Virus record (IMG/VR): IMGVR_UViG_2609459769_000004
From: a virus
Lineage: Duplodnaviria; Heunggongvirae; Uroviricota; Caudoviricetes
Length of the DNA: 9,765 nt
Reading direction: 5' to 3' (one strand)
Positions 1 through 6,635 of the stretch are shown here, one piece after another. Both the position numbers and the translations under genes were made by a program. Each line of letters starts with the position of its first letter. The first letter of the stretch is position 1. The notes beneath the pieces are model-generated. The model was not told the DNA's origin and did not search any database. It saw only the letters and a list, made by a program, of their open reading frames with translations.

Positions 1-60
1 CGGTCTTGAAAACCGGCGACCCGAAAGGGTTCCAGAGTTCGAATCTCTGCGCTTCCGCCA
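1..60 (+). tRNA. serT: 3' 60 nt of tRNA-Ser (anticodon UGA); 5' part lies outside the window
   Basis: Sequence CGGTCTTGAAAACCGG...GGTTCCAGAGTTCGAATCTCTGCGCTTCCGCCA has anticodon loop CU-UGA-AA, a long variable arm, T-arm GGTTCGAATC and a 3' CCA. It matches my recollection of E. coli tRNA-Ser(UGA). Confidence 0.9.
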
Positions 61-69
61 AACAATCAA

Positions 70-102
70 GGGGTTACCAAATGGTAGCCCCTTTCTTTTT
101 TT
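70..102 (+). terminator. Rho-independent terminator of the tRNA gene
   Basis: 9-bp stem GGGGTTACC / GGTAGCCCC (one G-U pair), AAAT loop, then T-tract TTTCTTTTTTT. Confidence 0.75.
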
Positions 103-107
103 GCTCT

Positions 108-137
108 TAGTATACACTTGGTATACTAATTGGTATA
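108..137. repeat. Short repeat cluster just downstream of the tRNA: 8-bp inverted repeat plus direct repeats
   Basis: TAGTATAC (108-115) and GTATACTA (121-128) are a perfect inverted repeat with a 5-nt spacer. TTGGTATA occurs at 118-125 and 130-137, and the complement ATACCA at 152-157. Confidence 0.5.
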
Positions 138-638
138 TTTAGCTCAACACATACCAGATAGATTTTTCTCTTTATGATTTATCGCTATACCGATGAATTA
201 TGAATAACCCCAATCCATGCATGACGTGTGGTGCCTGTTGTGCATTTTCCGCGTCTCTTTTTACTGGGCAGAAGCTGACGATGCTGGCGGAAAGGTTCCG
301 GTCAGTCTCACTGAGCAAATATCTCCTTTTCATCGCTGTATGCGCGGCACCAATCAGAAAAATCCCCGATGTGTCGCTCTTGCCGGCCCCCCCCCGGAGA
401 AAACGCATATTGCTCTGTTTACAAAAACCGTCCACATGCAGGGAATTCGCAATGTCCGGCGAAAATGGCATCGTAAATGAAGCATCTAATCGCGCACGGG
501 AAAAATATGGATTTCCAAAAATCTGAATATTCTCCGCCGTGCAAAAATGCGAACAACATCACTTCACTAATCAACCTGACATGGCATACTTAGCACGCTA
601 ACTATGATAACAAACTAATACCCTAAAACTCATGGTTC

Positions 639-668
639 CGGGACTGGTCGTGGTCCCGTTTTTTTTAT
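639..668 (+). terminator. Rho-independent terminator, plus-strand orientation
   Basis: Stem CGGGAC (639-644) / GTCCCG (653-658), 8-nt loop, then T8 (659-666). It sits immediately 3' of the stop of the convergent minus-strand gene at 669. Confidence 0.65.
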
Positions 669-1364
669 TCAGCCTGCAGGCCATCCAACAACGTAACTGC
701 GGATCGCCTTCAGCTCTGTCAGCGCCTCAACCTCTGCTTTCATCTGCAACTGCCGTGTATTAATCTCCACCCCCTTCGCAAACATCGCCTGCTCTGTCGC
801 ATCCGACAGGGCTATGATGTCTGCCGCCGTCACCGGCACCACATTATTATCCCCGTCGGTCCAGGCAAAACCTTCCGGAAGACGGTTATTCTCTGCCATC
901 AGGCGTGTCATGCTTATCCTGGACAACGTCTTCTTGCCGTAATCCCAGTTCCTTCCGTTGAATTCCATCATGTATTCCATATTCTCCTGCACATCACGCC
1001 AGATATTAATCTCTTCCCTTTTCGCCGCTTTTGCCGCTTCCAGTACTGCTTCCGTGGCGACAAAGGCACTCACACTTCCGTACGTTCCTGCTGTCAGCCC
1101 AGACCACAATGCTTTTCCGTGTTCTGTATTATCCGTTTCCGTTGCAGTATACGGCAGCCATACCTGTTCCCCTTTTTCATTCACCGCGTCTTCAAACTGC
1201 ACCTCACAGTTTATCCCGCCATATTCGTTGCTGGCTGCATTTCGTACTGCAAGAATCTCTTTTCCCTTATCCACCATGACCTCCTCTATGATATGCGCTG
1301 AAATAATCCTGCCTGTCTGATACCCGGAGATGATGTCCATAGCATCGGACCACATGCACGCCAC
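669..1364 (-). CDS. Phage tail-fibre assembly protein (Tfa / P2 gpG-like); start uncertain (ATG at 1277 has SD GAGGAGG, the longest ORF starts at 1364)
   Basis: C-terminal region ...[27 protein letters not shown]...[17 protein letters not shown] resembles Tfa/gpG C-termini (PENFTW-like motif, ending in a WP motif). It lies directly downstream of the tail-fibre fragment, as in stf-tfa pairs. Confidence 0.5.
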   Translation of the reverse strand: MACMWSDAMDIISGYQTGRIISAHIIEEVMVDKGKEILAVRNAASNEYGGINCEVQFEDAVNEKGEQVWLPYTATETDNTEHGKALWSGLTAGTYGSVSAFVATEAVLEAAKAAKREEINIWRDVQENMEYMMEFNGRNWDYGKKTLSRISMTRLMAENNRLPEGFAWTDGDNNVVPVTAADIIALSDATEQAMFAKGVEINTRQLQMKAEVEALTELKAIRSYVVGWPAG

Positions 1365-1771
1365 GTGCCCGGTAAACGGGTCTCCCCCACATTACCGGAA
1401 GCAACCAGGGGAGTACCATTCGAAAGGCAGCATGCAGACAGTGATGACCCGGCAACAGTTGAGCCAGGGGCACGGTCCCCCGAATAATGCGTCTGGTAAT
1501 ACGCCGCAAGAACAAAAGAACCGACACCAAACAGCCCGCTGTCAGGGCTTCCGGATGGTCCCCGTGGTCCTGCCGGGCCTGCAGCTCCCGTATCCCCTTT
1601 CGGTCCCCGTGGTCCTGCCGGGCCTGCAGCTCCCGCATCCCCTTTAGGTCCCTGAGGACCTGCCGGCCCTGCAGCTCCCGTATTCGCGCCAGTTCTCCAC
1701 CTTCTGACCGTGCATACCATCAGGGTAAAAATTTGCATCCTGTACGCCTGCCGCCGCCAGCTTCTGACCAA
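1286..1771 (-). pseudogene. 5'-truncated phage tail-fibre gene fragment with collagen-like repeats and a distal C-terminal domain
   Basis: Minus-strand frame encodes [43 protein letters not shown] followed by ...[20 protein letters not shown], a tail-fibre-tip-like GTWRxxG motif. There is no plausible N-terminus: the in-frame sequence upstream is interrupted by a stop at 1784 and overlaps the preceding ORF. Confidence 0.55.
1557..1690. repeat. 45-bp tandem repeat, about 3 copies, encoding collagen-like Gly-X-Y triplets on the minus strand
   Basis: GGTCCCCGTGGTCCTGCCGGGCCTGCAGCTCCCGTATCCCCTTTC at 1557-1601, repeated at 1602-1646 with 2 substitutions, and a diverged partial copy at 1647-1690. 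Confidence 0.85.
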
Positions 1772-2039
1772 TCGCCTTTATCATTACTGGCGCAAGATAT
1801 CCGGCCCTGAATATGCGCACGGATTTTCTGCCTTCCGGCACAATTTGCAGCTTATCCAGTTCGGATAACTGCTGCTCCCCAAGCCACACAGGAGGCTCAT
1901 TATCTCCGGCCATACGCGCGTCATGTTCCTGCCATTGTTTTGCGTGTGACCAGGCATCACTACCCGCAAAAATAATGACTTCTGTTTCTTTGTGTTTTAT
2001 GCCGCGTGACTGCTGTTTTACGTTCGGTGCCAGTTTCAT
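1644..2039 (-). CDS. Hypothetical protein, 131 aa; probably the 5' fragment of a larger gene that reads into the collagen-repeat DNA
   Basis: ATGA start/stop overlap with the upstream ORF and SD AGGGG 6 nt upstream. The last ~15 codons overlap the collagen repeat in another frame and look like read-through (…[10 protein letters not shown]). Confidence 0.4.
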   Translation of the reverse strand: MKLAPNVKQQSRGIKHKETEVIIFAGSDAWSHAKQWQEHDARMAGDNEPPVWLGEQQLSELDKLQIVPEGRKSVRIFRAGYLAPVMIKAIGQKLAAAGVQDANFYPDGMHGQKVENWREYGSCRAGRSSGT

Positions 2040-2335
2040 TTTTTACCCCTGAATCCGTTAATCATGGTTTTCAGCTTCTGGATGTTTGCCCGTGCCCTGG
2101 CGTTGCTGGTGGGCACGTTATGCGGCGCGGTCTGTACCAGAGAAAAATCACGCCGGAACTGATAAACAGGCATCACGCAATCATATTCGTAACCTTCACG
2201 GCGGTAGGTTACGCGCCGTTCTTCCACGCCCTTAATCATTACCGTGCCGCCGTACTGGTCGCGGTAAATATCACCGCGCGTAAATTTAGGGTGAGTGTTG
2301 CCACTGGCAGTTAAGCCAGAATATTTAAGTTTCAT
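2036..2335 (-). CDS. Small hypothetical phage protein, 99 aa
   Basis: SD GGAGA 5 nt upstream of the ATG, and ATGA overlap with the next gene. Protein MKLKYSGLTASGNTHPKF...RRVTYRREGYEYDCVMPVYQF. Confidence 0.5.
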   Translation of the reverse strand: MKLKYSGLTASGNTHPKFTRGDIYRDQYGGTVMIKGVEERRVTYRREGYEYDCVMPVYQFRRDFSLVQTAPHNVPTSNARARANIQKLKTMINGFRGKK

Positions 2336-2340
2336 TATTT

Positions 2341-2574
2341 TTATTCTCCGGTGTGCTGTTCTTTATATCTGTCGTGCAATAGATCTATTTCTTGCAGTTC
2401 CATTATTACAGGCTCAAGAAGCGTTATTAATGCCGTGGCAATTCTTGATTTTTGTTTGTCGCATTCATTGTCGCCAAGTGTTTCAAGCCATATGCGCAAT
2501 ATTTCCTGCATGTTTTCACTGTGAGAAAGTGCAAGAAATGCGCGGTCTATTGTTTCGAGGTAAATATCACGCAT
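2341..2574 (-). CDS. Small hypothetical protein, 77 aa
   Basis: SD GAGGA 9 nt upstream; start overlaps the upstream gene's stop by 8 nt. Confidence 0.45.
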   Translation of the reverse strand: MRDIYLETIDRAFLALSHSENMQEILRIWLETLGDNECDKQKSRIATALITLLEPVIMELQEIDLLHDRYKEQHTGE

Positions 2575-2800
2575 GGCTTACATCCTCAGGAAATTTTCTT
2601 CTGTAACGCGCCTCTGCCACATATTCCGCATAATCGGCGGCGATATTCAGTACATCAAGTCCCGTTGATTTATATTCTTTCGTGGAAAGTAAGAAAAAAG
2701 CCGCTCTAATAAGTTCTGGCATTGACGAAAGCGCATCAGCCGCATCATCAGGAACGCCGGAAAATTCCTGTTTCAGGGAATTAAAACGATCATCACGCAT
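2567..2800 (-). CDS. Small hypothetical protein, 77 aa (MRDDRFNSLKQEF...); alternative start at 2812
   Basis: Start lies 2 nt downstream of a G8 tract (on the coding strand) and overlaps the upstream gene's stop, suggesting translational coupling. Confidence 0.4.
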   Translation of the reverse strand: MRDDRFNSLKQEFSGVPDDAADALSSMPELIRAAFFLLSTKEYKSTGLDVLNIAADYAEYVAEARYRRKFPEDVSHA

Positions 2801-3014
2801 AACCCCCCCCATTTTCACAATCAGCAACAAGAATATTTTTAGCGTCATTCAGTGACCGCGTTGCGGTGTATCGGATACATTCCAGGGCGAATAGTGTGTA
2901 TTCTTCCCTTTCTTCCTTTTGTGCAAGCTCTGCTGTGCATTCAATATCAATAAGCGCGTGCATCAGCGTAGTGAGTGCGGCGGCGGCTGCGTCCGGTGTG
3001 GTTTTATTGCACAT
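2793..3014 (-). CDS. Small hypothetical protein, 73 aa (MCNKTTPDAAAAALTT...); the longest ORF extends to 3068
   Basis: SD GGAGGGG immediately upstream of the ATG at 3014. The C-terminus ...ENGGGYA is encoded across the G8 homopolymer. Confidence 0.4.
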   Translation of the reverse strand: MCNKTTPDAAAAALTTLMHALIDIECTAELAQKEEREEYTLFALECIRYTATRSLNDAKNILVADCENGGGYA

Positions 3015-3234
3015 GTACCCCTCCGCATTTTTTTTCGTTAGAAATAAGCGTTCTTCTTTCCTGTTCATCGATCAGGAATACGCAGACCTCACCGCTAAGG
3101 CGTTTAAGTAAGCCGATGATTGCCCCTGATTCGCTGTCGGTCATCATGCCAGGGTAATCCTCTGCCAGTGCGCAAATAACTTCGATTTGGTGGGCGCGTT
3201 CTGCTGCCTGTTGTAGTGTGATTTCCTGGCTCAT
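3004..3234 (-). CDS. Small hypothetical protein, 76 aa (MSQEITLQQAAERAHQIEV...)
   Basis: ATG overlaps the stop of the Icd-like gene (ATGA), consistent with translational coupling. Confidence 0.45.
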   Translation of the reverse strand: MSQEITLQQAAERAHQIEVICALAEDYPGMMTDSESGAIIGLLKRLSGEVCVFLIDEQERRTLISNEKKCGGVHVQ

Positions 3235-3425
3235 AAGCCTACCCCCTGGCGAATACGGGCGGCGAATACAGCAACACAACCGGACGGGCAACGGCTACGC
3301 GCTTCGCGTTCCGTCCAGGCGGTTACGTGGATGATTTGAGATTCTCCGGCACTTAGTGCCAGAAAACGCCACACAAAGGCAGTTTGTGTGTGCGCCAGAC
3401 GTGGGGTATGCTGTGTTCCAGCCAT
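3231..3425 (-). CDS. Icd-like small protein (host cell division inhibitor Icd-like family), 64 aa; first gene of the leftward operon
   Basis: SD AGGAG 8 nt upstream of the ATG. Protein MAGTQHTPRLAHTQTAFVWRFLALSAGESQIIHVTAWTEREARSRCPSGCVAVFAARIRQGVGL carries the T-E-R-E-A-R ... F-A-A-R motif I associate with Icd-like proteins of P4-like prophages (from memory). Confidence 0.5.
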   Translation of the reverse strand: MAGTQHTPRLAHTQTAFVWRFLALSAGESQIIHVTAWTEREARSRCPSGCVAVFAARIRQGVGL

Positions 3426-3612
3426 AATCGTTACTCCTGTTAACGGTTTGGTTAGACGCCCCGCTACTGCCGCAAACAGTTCGGGGCGTTGTCGTTTACA
3501 TCCTCTTACTGAGGTGTGATTTAAATTAAATTCAACTGAATCACAGGTCAAGTGTTTTTTGTGATTCTTTTTTGTGTATACTGAATCACATCTTTTGTTT
3601 AGGAGAATGCAC
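3426..3612. promoter_or_regulatory. Divergent control region between the Icd-like operon (leftward) and a regulator gene (rightward), with repeated operator-like motifs and a leader hairpin
   Basis: Four copies of GAATCACA / TGTGAT(T/C) in alternating orientation at 3515-3522, 3537-3545, 3560-3567 and 3582-3590, about 22 bp centre to centre. Candidate -10 TATACT at 3577-3582 for the plus promoter; candidate -35 TTGACC (complement of 3546-3551) for the minus promoter. Hairpin ACGCCCCG / CGGGGCGT at 3456-3489. Confidence 0.55.
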
Positions 3613-3918
3613 ATGGCAAAAAACACTATCAACGACAAATCAAAACAGATTTCAATTCGTATCCCACATGATGCTTTTGATGGCATGGAATCCGTAAAAC
3701 TGGACGGCGAAAGCAACGCCGGATTCATAGTAACCGCCATGCGCGGTGAAATCGCCCGCCGCCAGGCAGAAGGAAGCGGAGAAAACCTCCTGATTTCTTC
3801 GCTCAATGCACTGGCGCAGGTGGAAAAACTCGGAATCAAAGCCGCCGAGGAGATCGGGCAGCTCGTCACTGTCGCACGTGAAGAACTCCAGCGCCGCAAG
3901 ACTAAAGAACCAGAGTAA
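3613..3918 (+). CDS. Putative DNA-binding regulator, 101 aa, possibly ribbon-helix-helix
   Basis: SD AGGAG 7 nt upstream. N-terminus KQISIRIPHDAFDGMESVKL... fits a beta-strand-then-helix RHH pattern. Divergent from the operator array. Confidence 0.4.
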   Translation: MAKNTINDKSKQISIRIPHDAFDGMESVKLDGESNAGFIVTAMRGEIARRQAEGSGENLLISSLNALAQVEKLGIKAAEEIGQLVTVAREELQRRKTKEPE

Positions 3919-3975
3919 TCACCATCAGCGCCGTGGTGTAAGGTATTACGGCGCATTGCTATGCAGGACAACACA

Positions 3976-4149
3976 ATGACCGATAAAGAATTGACCAAAA
4001 CATTATCACCGGCACGGAAAAGACGGCGCAGAAAGATAGAGCATGAATCAGAAAGATTCGCGCCATGTGCTTTTGCCCTTGAGCAATTCCTTAAAGAGTA
4101 CAGGGAAAAGCGCTCATTGCAGGTATGGCAACGAACTGAACCAGACTGA
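3976..4149 (+). CDS. Small basic hypothetical protein, 57 aa (alternative start at 3961)
   Basis: AGGA 8 nt upstream of the ATG at 3976. Protein MTDKELTKTLSPARKRRRRKIEHESERF... Followed by the terminator at 4229. Confidence 0.35.
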   Translation: MTDKELTKTLSPARKRRRRKIEHESERFAPCAFALEQFLKEYREKRSLQVWQRTEPD

Positions 4150-4228
4150 TTGCATTGCCCACCAGCCGCAAATGTGGCATTGTTGGCAATGCTCATGCGT
4201 TGGGGATAAGGTATAGCTTGTGTCGAAT

Positions 4229-4256
4229 GGCCACCGTGACAGGTGGCCTTTGTTTT
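4229..4256 (+). terminator. Rho-independent terminator ending the rightward regulator operon
   Basis: Stem GGCCACC / GGTGGCC with GTGACA loop, followed by TTTGTTTT. Confidence 0.7.
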
Positions 4257-4541
4257 GCCCGTTATTTGGCAATTGTGGCGCTTCTTCACACAGTTGATAT
4301 AATTCCCCTGCACTGATCCAATTTTTTCGCAGCAGGTTAATTGTTCGCAAGGGCGCTCTGGTAACGGGGCGCTTTTTGTTTTTACCCACCAGCACAATAA
4401 AAATCTTTATTTTCCATTTTTATAAAATTTCATGCTTTCCGGACGACTGGTCATATGTCATTTTTTAGCAGAAGATTTTGCCTTGCTGGTGAGTAGCTTC
4501 TCGGTTAACACGATGTACCGTATAATCAGCACCGCGTGTGG

Positions 4542-5120
4542 TTACTGAATACGCTCACCAAAGTAAAACTCAGGCTGATATTCACGTATCAGCCTTTTTT
4601 CTTCTTCCTCCAGTTCACGTTTTTTGCGCTTACATGCCTGTAGCGCCCTCCCCTTCTCGCTGGCACTTATCTGGTATTGCTCTTTGCGGCGGGAAAAATC
4701 CTGTAATGCACCCCACGGGATACCATAAGCCCCCGTTTTTCTGATACCCGGTATCACATTTCTGAATACCCAGTTACTGAAACGATGGGCGAATGTGCCT
4801 TGCGTCGTTGCTTTGCGGCTACGGGCTATTAGTTTGTAGAAACCTGACTCAGAGATAATGCTCATATTCTGATTTCCTCCTGGGGTGTAAGTTAAATTTA
4901 CTCCCTTTTCATCATCATCAAGCATCTGCAACGCCGTACGCGAATTGGTCAGTTCCAGCGCAGCGCAGACATCCTTTGCAACAAACCACGGATCGCCGTT
5001 CAGATACACCACGCGAACGTTCACACCATCAAAGCGCAGAACGACCAGATCACGAAAATCACAGAATTTTTTTACATGACGTGCGTCACCCTTGCCCGTC
5101 ACGGCAATATTTTTATTCAT
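4542..5120 (-). CDS. Bro-N domain protein (antirepressor-like), 192 aa
   Basis: N-terminal ...FDGVNVRVVYLNGDPWFVAKDVCAALELTNSRTALQMLDDDEKGV matches the Bro-N signature. Charged coiled-coil-like C-terminus KRKKRELEEEEKRLIREY. SD GAGGT 9 nt upstream. Confidence 0.7.
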   Translation of the reverse strand: MNKNIAVTGKGDARHVKKFCDFRDLVVLRFDGVNVRVVYLNGDPWFVAKDVCAALELTNSRTALQMLDDDEKGVNLTYTPGGNQNMSIISESGFYKLIARSRKATTQGTFAHRFSNWVFRNVIPGIRKTGAYGIPWGALQDFSRRKEQYQISASEKGRALQACKRKKRELEEEEKRLIREYQPEFYFGERIQ

Positions 5121-5138
5121 TTCTTTTTTACCTCACAT

Positions 5139-5165
5139 ACAAAAAACCCCGCATTGCACGCGGGG
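5139..5165 (-). terminator. Rho-independent terminator after the integrase/AlpA genes
   Basis: Stem CCCCGC / GCGGGG with 7-nt loop; on the minus strand it is followed by TTTTTTGT. Confidence 0.6.
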
Positions 5166-5179
5166 TATGAAAGATATTA

Positions 5180-5383
5180 TTAGTGGGGATTGGCCTGTTC
5201 TCGTTGTTTATCTAACCATGCTTCTACATCTCTACGGTGCCAGGTATGTCGCCGTCCAATTCTGAACGGCTGAGGAAAACCATTATTCTCATCTTTCCAG
5301 AAATTGATGAATGCACTCATTGCTCCATATCGCAAGATTTTCATTACGTCTTTAGTAAATAAAATATCTTCATTGGTATTCAT
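5180..5383 (-). CDS. alpA: AlpA-family DNA-binding protein (excisionase/regulator-like), 67 aa; the longest ORF starts at 5404
   Basis: Strong SD GAGGAGG 8 nt upstream of the ATG at 5383. Sequence ...ILFTKDVMKILRYGAMSAFINFWKDENNGFPQPFRIGRRHTWHRRDVEAWL aligns in pattern with E. coli AlpA (HTH, FP, W-L tail). Confidence 0.65.
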   Translation of the reverse strand: MNTNEDILFTKDVMKILRYGAMSAFINFWKDENNGFPQPFRIGRRHTWHRRDVEAWLDKQREQANPH

Positions 5384-5396
5384 TTGCTGAACCTCC

Positions 5397-6635
5397 TCAA
5401 CCATTTACTACTCTTAAACCTTTCATACCACCGGATCTATTAATTACCCCTTTTCTCGCATCATCAAAAAAATCACCGACCCATTGCATCATGATCTTAC
5501 GCTGTTCTAGATAAGTAGTTCTATTATAAATATCTCTTATTTTATCACCACTTTTATGCGCCAATGCAGCCTCGATTACATCGGGGTTAAATCCCTCCTC
5601 ATTTAAAAGCGTACTCCACATTGAACGAAAACCATGTAACGTTACAATCCCTTTGAACTTGCTGGCAGCAATTGGGGTCTTGATAGTATTCCTCCCCATA
5701 GGCGCATCTTTTGTTCTGGAGGAAAAAAACACATAACGCCCTCTTTTTATTTCCTGCATTGTTCTGAGGATACTAATAGCCTGTGATGACAAGGGAACAA
5801 CATGTTCACGATGGCATTTCATTTTATGCGCGGGGATAATCCACAAGCCAGAATCAAAATCAATCTCTGACCACTCTGCTTTAATCGCCTCACCTGGCCT
5901 GACCATTGTCAATATCTGGAATAAAAGTGCATTATGAGCTATTTGATAGGTATGAGGCACACTATCCCACCAGCTCAGAAATTCAGGCAATCTTTCAACA
6001 GGTAGTGCTGCTAATGATTTATTTTTCTTTCCTGTGAATGCAGTCTTTATCTTAAGTAATGGATTTGTTTTCAATGCTCCACAATTTACAGCATAATTCA
6101 TAATTTCATTTAATCTTGATATTAATTTTTTTTGCAACGCATTCTTATCGGATACGGCATCCAGAGCATTAATAGCTACTGGTGCTGTAATTTTTTCTAT
6201 ACTGTACTTACCAAAGAAAGGAACAAGATATTTGTATACTTCATATTCGATATTATACAGCGTAGGTTTCCGCAATTCAGATCCCTTTTTAAAAGCGAAC
6301 CATGCATTAGCAATAGCTTCAAATGTCTGTAGATTTTTTAGTGACATCTCAATTTTACGATTTTTCTTCTCCGTCACTGGATCAACTCCACGTGCAATCA
6401 TTCGCCGAAGTTCATCACGTACTTCCCGTGCTTCCGCGAGTGAGAATTCAGGAAAACGTCCTATCGTGTATGTCTGCCGTTTCTTCGTTATCGGATGGCT
6501 ATAACGGAAACGCCACACTTTCCCACCGGCTTTACTCACATTCAGCAATAAACCGAACCCATCATAAACGGCATAGTCCTTTTCACGTGGTTTCATCCCC
6601 TTAACTTCAGTCACGGTTAATGGCTTTACCGACAT
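5397..6635 (-). CDS. int: Tyrosine site-specific integrase, P4-type, 412 aa
   Basis: N-terminal arm-binding-like region (LLLNVSKAGGKVWRFRY), C-terminal catalytic region HGFRSMWSTLL...GDKIRDIYNRTTYLEQRKIMMQW with candidate catalytic Tyr. SD GAGGG upstream. Confidence 0.9.
   Translation of the reverse strand: MSVKPLTVTEVKGMKPREKDYAVYDGFGLLLNVSKAGGKVWRFRYSHPITKKRQTYTIGRFPEFSLAEAREVRDELRRMIARGVDPVTEKKNRKIEMSLKNLQTFEAIANAWFAFKKGSELRKPTLYNIEYEVYKYLVPFFGKYSIEKITAPVAINALDAVSDKNALQKKLISRLNEIMNYAVNCGALKTNPLLKIKTAFTGKKNKSLAALPVERLPEFLSWWDSVPHTYQIAHNALLFQILTMVRPGEAIKAEWSEIDFDSGLWIIPAHKMKCHREHVVPLSSQAISILRTMQEIKRGRYVFFSSRTKDAPMGRNTIKTPIAASKFKGIVTLHGFRSMWSTLLNEEGFNPDVIEAALAHKSGDKIRDIYNRTTYLEQRKIMMQWVGDFFDDARKGVINRSGGMKGLRVVNG

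Noticed and set aside
958-1320. Plus-strand ORFs of 120, 82 and 60 aa
   Set aside because: Antisense to the tail-fibre-assembly gene; proline/serine-rich artefact frames.
1267-1638. 123-aa minus-strand ORF with repeated [11 protein letters not shown]
   Set aside because: Alternative-frame translation of the 45-bp collagen tandem repeat; an artefact of the repeat.
1557-1690. Possible CRISPR array
   Set aside because: The repeats are directly tandem with no intervening unique spacers, and they are in-frame coding sequence for collagen-like triplets.
3515-3590. TGTGA/TCACA half-sites as CRP binding sites
   Set aside because: The half-sites match CRP-like pentamers, but the spacing between paired halves (14-21 bp) does not fit the CRP TGTGA-N6-TCACA architecture. 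More likely an element-specific operator.
3231-4397. 388-aa minus-strand ORF, the longest in the track
   Set aside because: Cys/Ser/Arg-rich low-complexity translation that runs antisense to the well-supported plus-strand regulator genes and through the intergenic control region. Only its last 64 codons (the Icd-like gene with its own SD) look real.
4114-4744. ORFs of 93 aa (minus, 4114-4395) and 68 aa (plus, 4538-4744)
   Set aside because: The first spans the terminator and non-coding gap; the second is antisense to the Bro-N gene. Neither has a start context.
6132-6604. Plus-strand ORFs of 66, 90 and 93 aa
   Set aside because: Antisense to the integrase coding sequence; no SD and low-complexity translations.
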